Assembly (NCBI GenBank): GCA_050248855.1
Contig: JBFWRP010000010.1
Location: 32,001-96,000 of the forward strand
Direction: 5' to 3'
Length of the DNA: 64,000 nt
Source: Planctomycetota bacterium
GTDB taxonomy: Bacteria; Planctomycetota; PLA2; JAEUHO01
A program made the translations under genes and the position numbers. Every line of letters starts with the position of its first letter. The first letter of the stretch is position 1. The notes beneath the pieces are model-generated. The model saw only the letters and a program-made list of their open reading frames with translations, had not been told where the DNA came from and made no database searches. Below, piece by piece: positions 1-7,700 of this stretch.

Positions 1-1
1 C

Positions 2-1033
2 CGCAGCGGGGGCGCCGCCGACCCGCTCGGCACGGCGTTGCTGCTGAGGACGGCGCTCGCCGCGCGCGATGCCGCCAGTGCCGGTCGCTTGGCGGCCAAC
101 CTCGAGGATGCCGCCGTGCGCGAGAGCGACGGTCAGGTGTGGTGGCGGGCCGAGCCCGGCCCGCTCGATCGCTGGGAGCGCGACCCCGTCCACGCGACCG
201 CCGAGGCGGCGCTCGCGCTCCTGGAGGCCGACGGCGACATGGACCTCGTGCGCGGCGCCGCGCGCTGGCTGCTCGCCCGGCGCGCCGGGGGCACCTACTG
301 GGGCAGCACGCGCGACACGGCCGCCGTGGTCCGCATGCTGGTGGCGCTGGCCGTCCGCGACGGCGACCCGGGCCAGGCCGGCGAAGTGGCCATCTCGCTC
401 GGCGGCCAGCCGCTGGCCACCCTGGGCGCCGCAGGCTCGTTCGCCGCAGCGCTCCCCGCCGACGCCCTGCAGGCGGGCGCGCGGCTCGAGGTCGGCGCCG
501 TCGGTGCGAGCGAGGGTCTCTACGACCTCGTCGTCGTGCTGGACGGCATCGAAGCGGGCGACGCACTCGAGGCGGCCGCGAACGGCATCTCGGTCCAGCG
601 CACGTGGTGGGTCATCGAGCCCTCGCCCGACGGCACGAGCTGGGTCCGCACGCCCCTGGAGGAGAGCGTCACCGTGGGCGCCCTCGTGGAGAGCGAGATC
701 GTGGTCAGCGCCGCGAATGACCTGCGCTACCTCATGCTGACGGACCCGCACGTCGCCGGCTTCGAGAGCGAAGACGTGGTCGGCGTGGCCGTGGCGGGCG
801 CGGCCGCCGCGACGGAGACGACGAGCGACGTGCAAGACGACCGCACGCACGACTGGGTCACCGCGCAGCCCGTGGGCGCCGAGGTGCGCGTGCGCCACCG
901 CTTCCGCGCCACGCACGTCGGCAGCTGGCGTGCGCTGCCGGCGCAGGCGGAGCTCATGTACTACCCGGACGTCGCTGGCCGCAGTCGCGGTGAGGTCATC
1001 GAGGTCCGGCCGCGCAGGGAGGAGGGACGATGA
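2..1033 (+). CDS. Alpha-2-macroglobulin family protein (YfaS-like), C-terminal part; 5' end outside window
   Basis: Frame open from position 2. Motifs YWGSTRDTA, YLMLTDPHVAGFE and ALPAQAELMYYPDV are typical of the bacterial A2M C-terminus; a YfaP-like gene follows. Confidence 0.85.
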   Translation, partial: RSGGAADPLGTALLLRTALAARDAASAGRLAANLEDAAVRESDGQVWWRAEPGPLDRWERDPVHATAEAALALLEADGDMDLVRGAARWLLARRAGGTYWGSTRDTAAVVRMLVALAVRDGDPGQAGEVAISLGGQPLATLGAAGSFAAALPADALQAGARLEVGAVGASEGLYDLVVVLDGIEAGDALEAAANGISVQRTWWVIEPSPDGTSWVRTPLEESVTVGALVESEIVVSAANDLRYLMLTDPHVAGFESEDVVGVAVAGAAAATETTSDVQDDRTHDWVTAQPVGAEVRVRHRFRATHVGSWRALPAQAELMYYPDVAGRSRGEVIEVRPRREEGR

Positions 1034-1770
1034 CCGGCCCGTGGGGATGGCTCGAACACGGCCGCGCGTGGCGCCTTGCAGCCGCCGCGGCGATGGTCCT
1101 GGCCATGCTGCCGGGTCGTGCCTCGGGGGATGCACCCGCGCCTTCGGCCGCGCCGCTGCGGGTCGTGATCGAGTCGCCGCGCGACGGCTGGACCGATCAA
1201 CGCGTCGTGCGCATCGCCGGCCGCGTCGAGGGACTGGACCAGGGTCGCGTCGCCGTCGTGCTCAACGGCATCGAGGGCTCGGTTGCCGTGCAAGCCGGTC
1301 GCTTCGCGATCGACCAGGTCCTGGCGCCCGGCTGGAACGGGATCGCCGTCGAGGCCCACGCGGGCGAGCGCCACGCGCGGGCCACGCGCTCGTTGTTCGC
1401 CGACGTACCGCGCAAGGACTTGCGCATCACGCTGACGTGGGACACGGACGCGACGGACGTCGACCTGCACGTGACCGGACCCGATGGCGAGACGATCTTC
1501 TACTCGCACAAGCAAGGCGCGGCCGGCGGGTCGCTCGACACCGACGTGACGACGGGCTTCGGACCCGAGACCTACACGCACGCCGACGCACCGGCGGGCA
1601 CGTACCACGTGCTGGCGCACTACTACGGAGCCGCCACCGCGGCGCCCACCCGGATCACGGTGACGGTCGTTCGCCACGAGGGGACACCGGCCGAAGCCCG
1701 CGAAGTCCACCGCGGCGTGCTGCTGGCCCCCGGCGAGAAGCTGCCTCTGGTCGACCTGGCGGTTCCCTGA
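1030..1770 (+). CDS. YfaP-like (DUF2135) exported protein
   Basis: Signal-like N-terminus; DLRITLTWDTDATDVDLHVTGPDG and LDTDVTTGFGPETY; ATGA overlap with the A2M stop codon. Confidence 0.85.
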   Translation: MTGPWGWLEHGRAWRLAAAAAMVLAMLPGRASGDAPAPSAAPLRVVIESPRDGWTDQRVVRIAGRVEGLDQGRVAVVLNGIEGSVAVQAGRFAIDQVLAPGWNGIAVEAHAGERHARATRSLFADVPRKDLRITLTWDTDATDVDLHVTGPDGETIFYSHKQGAAGGSLDTDVTTGFGPETYTHADAPAGTYHVLAHYYGAATAAPTRITVTVVRHEGTPAEAREVHRGVLLAPGEKLPLVDLAVP

Positions 1771-1787
1771 GCCGGGCGCGGCCCGGC
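1771..1787 (+). terminator. GC hairpin after the YfaP-like gene (possible terminator)
   Basis: GCCGGGC-GCG-GCCCGGC directly after the stop codon; no strong U-tract. Confidence 0.35.
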
Positions 1788-1926
1788 CCTTCGCCTCCAC
1801 CGATGGGAATCCCCCTTCCCATCGGCCCCTGGAGTCCAAGTCCTTCTGCCACGGCAGCTTACGGCCACTCTCCCCGGACTGTCCCCCCCATCGGGAGGAT
1901 GGAGCCCGTCCCGAGGAGGGTTTCCC

Positions 1927-2034
1927 ATGTCCACCCGCACGCTCCGCCTGCTGATCTCCGACAGCGAGGCCCGCGCCGAGTGCCTGACGGCACTGATGGT
2001 GGCCTTCGGTCTGGTCGCTGCCCTCCTCGTCTGA
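1927..2034 (+). CDS. Small 35-aa membrane protein, not in the ORF track
   Basis: GAGGAGGG SD, then ATG; MSTRTLRLLISDSEARAECLTALMVAFGLVAALLV*; hydrophobic C-terminus. Confidence 0.55.
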   Translation: MSTRTLRLLISDSEARAECLTALMVAFGLVAALLV

Positions 2035-2209
2035 GCAGCTGGGCGCGGCCTGCCAAGGCAGGCCCGGCCTCCGAGGTGCGCCTGGGACTTCTTCCCACGC
2101 TCCGAGCCGGGCTCGGTCGACCGGTCGGCTCCGGATGCGCGACCGCGCGGGGCCGGGGCATCCCCCCGTAGCCCCTTCGCGGTGGGGTCGCGACCCGTAG
2201 CATCCCCGC

Positions 2210-3226
2210 GTGGCGGCTCCTCGTCCGACGTCCCGATCGCTCCTGCACCGGCTGCGCTACTCGCGGGTCACGCACCGACTGACGGTGGGCGGCCTGCTCG
2301 CCGCCACCCGCGTGATGGGCGCGCTGCCCGCACGGTGGATCGCGCCGCTGGGCGATGCGCTCGGGTCGTTGCTGTGGCTCACGGCCAGCCGGTGGCGGCG
2401 AACGGCGCGGCAGAACCTGCGTGCCGTGTTCGGCGACGACCTGGATCGCAACGAACGCCGTCGCATCGCCCGGGAGGCAGCACGGGGCGCCGCCCGTTCG
2501 GCCCTCCTCCTCCTTCACCTGCAGCCCCTCACCGCGGAGCGCTACCGCCGCTGGGTGGACGTGCCCGAGGGTCTGGCCGACGACCCCACCTTCGACCGGC
2601 TGCGCAACGAAGGCGGCGTGCTCGTGTCGGGCCACCTGGGCAACTGGGAGCTGCTGCTGGGCACGCGCGTGGCGTTCCCGCAGATGCCCCCGGTCACCTT
2701 CCTGGTCGAGGCGGCGCCGCACGACGCGATCAACGAGGCGCTCGCACGCCTGCGTCGGCACGGCGGCGACCTGGTGGGGACGTTCCGCGAGGGCGGCGCC
2801 CAGGCGGCCTCCGCCGCCGTGCGTCGGCGCGGCATCGCCGCGTTGCTCGTGGACCGCAACGTGCGTCGCTCCCAAGGGGGCGTCTACGTGCCGTTCCTCG
2901 GCCTCGAGGCGCGGACGACCCCGCTGCCCGCGATGATCGCGCAGCGCCATGGCGTGCCCGTGCACCCGATCTTCTGCCTGCCGATCGAGGGGGGCCGCTA
3001 CCGACTCTGGGTGGGACCGGACCTGACACGAGGGCTGCCCGAGGGCGGCGATCCGCTCGCCTGGCGCCGCGCCCTGCTGGTACGCCTCAACGACGTCTTC
3101 GAAGAGCTGGTCCGCGCGCGACCCGAGCTCTGGGCGTGGTCGATCAAGCGCTACAAGGCGCGGCCCACGGTCGAGCTCGGGCGGTATCCGCCCTACAGCC
3201 TCCACGAGCCTGACCCGGTCACCTGA
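2210..3226 (+). CDS. Lipid A/phospholipid acyltransferase (LpxL/HtrB family)
   Basis: GVLVSGHLGNWE (H-X4-E), ALLVDRN, GVYVPFLG. Confidence 0.85.
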   Translation: MAAPRPTSRSLLHRLRYSRVTHRLTVGGLLAATRVMGALPARWIAPLGDALGSLLWLTASRWRRTARQNLRAVFGDDLDRNERRRIAREAARGAARSALLLLHLQPLTAERYRRWVDVPEGLADDPTFDRLRNEGGVLVSGHLGNWELLLGTRVAFPQMPPVTFLVEAAPHDAINEALARLRRHGGDLVGTFREGGAQAASAAVRRRGIAALLVDRNVRRSQGGVYVPFLGLEARTTPLPAMIAQRHGVPVHPIFCLPIEGGRYRLWVGPDLTRGLPEGGDPLAWRRALLVRLNDVFEELVRARPELWAWSIKRYKARPTVELGRYPPYSLHEPDPVT

Positions 3227-3338
3227 GGGCACGCCCGCAGCGCCTCCCGGTCCCGCCATCCGTCGAGCCGGAACCGGCGTTCCAGGGCGGGACCGGTAAA
3301 CTCGCCCGATCCACGTTCGATCCACGAGGACCCCTCCC

Positions 3339-3902
3339 ATGGACGCCACCGAGATCCGCAAGGGCACGTTCCTGACGCACAAGGGCGAGCTCTGGCAGGC
3401 CGTCGAGGTCACGCACCGCACGCCGGGCAACCTGCGCGGCTTCGTCCAGGTCAAGCTGCGCAACGTGCGCACGGGTGGGCACATCACCGAGCGGTTCTCC
3501 TCCAACCAGACGGTGGAGACCGCCTGGCTCGATCGCCGGCGCGCGCAGTACCTCTACGACGACGCGACCCTGGGGCCCGTGTTCATGGACAACGAGTCCT
3601 ACGAGCAGTTCAACCTGCCGCGCGACCTGCTCGGCGACTCGATGAGCTACATCCTGCCCAACCAGGACGTCGACCTGACGTTCCACGAGGGCACGGCCAT
3701 CGGCCTCGACCTGCCGGGCAAGGTGGATCTCGTCGTGACGGATACCGAACCCGCCGTCAAGGGCGACACCGTCAACAGCGTTCTCAAGCCCGCGACGCTG
3801 GAGACGGGCTTGGTCATCAAGGTCCCGAGCTACATCCGCATCGGCGACAAGGTGCGCGTGAGCACGAGCACGGGCGAGTTCCAGGAGCGGGTCAACGACT
3901 GA
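3339..3902 (+). CDS. efp: Translation elongation factor P
   Basis: HRTPGNLRG loop, YLYDD, FMDNESYEQ, KGDT, KPATLETG; GAGGA SD. Confidence 0.95.
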   Translation: MDATEIRKGTFLTHKGELWQAVEVTHRTPGNLRGFVQVKLRNVRTGGHITERFSSNQTVETAWLDRRRAQYLYDDATLGPVFMDNESYEQFNLPRDLLGDSMSYILPNQDVDLTFHEGTAIGLDLPGKVDLVVTDTEPAVKGDTVNSVLKPATLETGLVIKVPSYIRIGDKVRVSTSTGEFQERVND

Positions 3903-3927
3903 CGCGCGACCCCGGCTCGGCCGTCGC

Positions 3928-4608
3928 TTGCTGGCCTCGCGCGGCACGTCGGCGGTGGCCCAGGGACTGCTGCGCGCGTACCGCGCGAGCATGTACGGCA
4001 CGTTCCTGTGGGAACACGACCTGCGGTTGCTGGACGTCCTGCGGAGCGACGAGCCGGCCCTGTTCGCCGTATGGCACCAGGACTTCGTGCACACCCTGGG
4101 CTACCTCTCGCGCTGGAACGCGCGGCGGCGCACCTTCGTGCTGGCCAGCGCCAGCCGTGACGGCTCGCTCGCGGCAACGGCCGCGACCGCCATGGGCTTC
4201 CGCGACCCCGTGCGCGGCTCGACGACGCGTGGCGGCCATCGCGCCCTGCTGACGCTCAGGCGGCGCTTGGAGGACGACCCCGCTGCCTCGCTGGCGGTCG
4301 TATGCGACGGCCCGCGCCCGCCGGCCCAGGTCCTGCAGCCTGGCATCGTGCACCTCGCGCAGGCCGACGGTCGCCCCCTGTGGCTCGTACGGACGTCGTT
4401 CGCGAAGCGGTCCGTGCTGGAGCGCTCGTGGGCCCGCTTCCACGTGCCCCACCCGTTCAGTCGCGCCGTGATCCGCGCAGCGGGGCCTTTCCACCTGGCC
4501 CCCACGACGGATCGCGACCAGCTCGAGCGGGAGCGGGTGCGGCTGGAGCGGCGTTTCCACGCGCTCGTCCGCGAGGCGGACGAGCGCGCGACGAGAATGG
4601 GACGCTAG
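3928..4608 (+). CDS. DUF374 / lysophospholipid acyltransferase family protein
   Basis: AVWHQ, ASASRDG, VRGSTTRGG, DGPRPP, SWARF..PHPFS; TTG start uncertain. Confidence 0.8.
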   Translation: MLASRGTSAVAQGLLRAYRASMYGTFLWEHDLRLLDVLRSDEPALFAVWHQDFVHTLGYLSRWNARRRTFVLASASRDGSLAATAATAMGFRDPVRGSTTRGGHRALLTLRRRLEDDPAASLAVVCDGPRPPAQVLQPGIVHLAQADGRPLWLVRTSFAKRSVLERSWARFHVPHPFSRAVIRAAGPFHLAPTTDRDQLERERVRLERRFHALVREADERATRMGR

Positions 4609-4611
4609 GGT

Positions 4612-4695
4612 GGCGGGGAATTCTTCCGCAGCTTGCCGCCCTGCCCTCCGGCACGCCGAAGGGCCCACCGGCAAGCTGCGGAAGAAATCCCCGCC
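4612..4695. repeat. 27-bp inverted repeat between convergent genes
   Basis: Arms 4612-4638 GGCGGGGAATTCTTCCGCAGCTTGCCG and 4669-4695 CGGCAAGCTGCGGAAGAAATCCCCGCC, one mismatch; the spacer holds a second hairpin. Confidence 0.9.
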
Positions 4696-4707
4696 TCCGT
4701 ACAGGGT

Positions 4708-7700
4708 CTAGCGATTCCCCAACGGCGTCGAGTAGAGGACGCGCGTGCGGTAGCTGACGGTGGACTCCAGGGACTGGAACCACGGCGTCCGCTTCCACCA
4801 CGCCGGCAGGACGCGATCGTCGTCCTGCATGCGCTGGCCGCTCTCGCGCTCGTCGTTGCCGTACCAAGCGCCCAGCTTGTAGGCGAAGTAGACGCGGAAC
4901 TCGGCCACCGGCGCCTCCAGGCCCAGCGCGTTGCCGACGCGGTTCTGGGCGTAGTGGAAATCGCCGGGGTCATCGAACAGGAAGAGGCTGGACTTGGCCG
5001 CCTCGCCCGGGTCGACCTGATCGCGGCTGAACGGGTCATCGCTGCGCAGATCCAGGATCTGCTTCGTGTCCCAGGCCACGTTCGGGTTGAAGCGCGCCAT
5101 TACCACGATGTCGAGCAGCTCCAGGGCCTCGCCCTCGGAGCGTCGCTCGCTGGTCTCGCTGACAGGTGCACCGGTCAGGTTCTCCTTCCACGTGAACCCA
5201 TGCCACCAGGCGTCCTGGCGAGCCGTTCCCAGCTCGAGGTAGGAGCTCTCGGGATGCACGAAGACCCCCTCGAAGCCCTTCTCCTCGACGGTGCGCGGGG
5301 TGTAGCGATCCCAGTAGCGGAACGGCTGGAAGACCACGATGGCTTGGCTGTCGTGCTGCGTCGCGGTGGTCCCGAAGCGCCCGCGGAACAAGCCGCGACC
5401 CCGATCCGCCTCGTCGACGTCAAGCGACTCGGGCATGAGGAGCGACTCCTCGGTCCGGCGCGTGTAGTGCACGAGCTCGCCGTCCTCACCCGACAGGATG
5501 CGCACGAGACCCTCGCGCGGCCACGTCTTGAGGTTGGCGATGGTGATCGTGCTGGACTCGATCTCCAGACCGCCCTCGAGGTAGGAGACGAAGACATCGG
5601 GTAGGAACCAGGCGCCACTGCCCACAGCGTGCGGCGCGGCGCGCGAACCGAGCTGCCCGCGTGCGCAGTCCTCGAGGACGATCCCGTCGTCCTCCTCCGA
5701 GATCCCGCGGTAGATGATGATCTCGCCGTCCAGGATCACGGCGCCGCAGGGCGAAGACGCACCGTCGATCTCGCTGCGCGAGAGGTAGGTGCTCACGGTC
5801 GGCTTGAGCAGGATCGACCGCGCATCGGCGGCCACCCCGTCTTCGTTGACGAGCACCAGCTTCTCCTGGAGCGGATGCCGCCACAGGTGGACCTCGTCCA
5901 GGAAGGCGGTCACGACGCCGCTGTTGGAGATCGAGCTTCGGGCGAACTCGATGGTGTCCGGCAGCATCTCGGGCATCTCGCCGCAGGGGAACTTGAGCAT
6001 GCGGGCATAGCCCCGGGTGTCGCTGCGGCGCACGTTGGCGCCCGTCTCCGAAGCGCGCACCACGCGATCCGTGAAGTCCTCCAGCGCGCACCACCCGCTG
6101 TACTCGTGGCCCCACCGCACGGCAGCCTCGAAGCGGTTCTCACCGCCCTCCGTGCCGTCGTGGAACGTGACGCGGTCGAACGCACCCGCGCGCCCGTACG
6201 GCGCCAGCTGAACGCCCTCGAACACGCGGAAGCACGGCAGGAAGCGATCGTTGCGATCGCCCGTCGACCCGCTGTGGTCGCGGTCGAAGGTGTTGAGCAC
6301 GCCGCGGAACGCCGCCAGCTGGCGCGCGGTCTCCGGACCGGTCGGCATGGTCCACGGCACGTCGCTGGTGTCCGCCGTGTCCACGGGGGGATCCTCTTCC
6401 TCCCAGGCGCCTGGCGCTTCGTCGGTCGGCGGGACCGGGTCCACGTCGTCCGCAGCACCCTCGTCGTCTCCAGCCCCGGAGCTGTCGATCGGCGGCTCGT
6501 CGGGATCGGGGGGCGTGGTCGTGGTGCCACCGCCGTCCTCGCGGGCCGACTCGCTGCCCGTCTCCAGGCCGCCGCGCTCGTCCCCGGCCTCGCCTTCGGT
6601 GTCGTCGGCGGGCTCGGTGTCGTCCGAGCCGTCTCCGACACCCGGCTCGGTCGGCAGCCCGCTCGAGCCACCGTCCGGCGTGTCGCCTTCGCCCGAGCCG
6701 GGAGCTTCGTCGCTCGGCTCGCGCTGCCCCGGCGGGATCCCACCCGGCGGAACGGGGCCCGTCCCGTCGTTCGGGTCCGGGTCCGGTTGCGGATCGGGAC
6801 CGGGATCCGGCGTCGGGTCGCCCCCGGAGCCGCTTCCCGGGATCGTGTACGTCTGGCCGAAGAAGTGGCCCGTGAGGTTTCCGATCTGGCGATCGCGCAC
6901 GAAGTACACGCCTTGGCTCGCGCGCTCGCGGTCGATCGAGTTGTAGGCGATCACCTCGTGCTGACCGTCCGGCGTGTCGGTGCCCAGCAGCACGAACGCG
7001 TTGTGCTCCTCGCCTTCGTAGTAGCGGCCGAGGATGTCGCGGTCGGGTGTGTTCTCGGGGTTGAGGTAGTCCTCCCCCGCCGTTCCGCCCCCCCCGGCGG
7101 CGTGCACCGAGATCGGCACGAGGAAGCAGGGGTAGTCCATGTTGTAGGTGTCGACGCGCGTGATCAGGAAGTAGGGCTCGGCCGCCCCCTGCCAGGCGGT
7201 CTGCTGGTAGCGCGTGACGCTGAAGCTGGAGGACTGCCGGGTGTAGTGCACCACCTCCCAGCCGCCGAGCTTGGGCGCGCCCGCCGCGGGCGCACCCGTG
7301 CCACCCCCTCCCGTCCCGTTGCCGCCGCCGCCGGGGAGCCAGCAGCCGAGCAACGCCAGACCCTCGTCCTGGAACGCGCCCAGCGCGGTGTCCAGGTCCT
7401 GGTCCCACATGGGGACGGCCGTCAGGGTGGGCTGCGAGTTCTCCGGGTTGTAGCCCGTCAGCGTCACGGGAGTTCCGTCGCTCGTCGTGAACGAGGCGGT
7501 GTCCTCGCCACCCACGATGCGCACGGCCGACCACTTCTTGAGCTCGGTCGAGAGCGTGCGCCCGCCGCGCAACAGGTCGACGGTGAGCGGAAGCGCGTAG
7601 CCCATGAGCTCGACGGGGGTCCCCGCCGGGTGGCTGCGGGGCTGCGTGCCACGCGTCCCGCGACGGCATGTCCTGAGCGCGTCCACGCCGAGGTCGTCGT

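Noticed and set aside
2047..2064. Palindrome GGCCTGCCAAGGCAGGCC resembling the hairpin at 62273-62290
   Set aside because: Short, GC-rich and self-complementary; two copies are not enough to call a repeat family.
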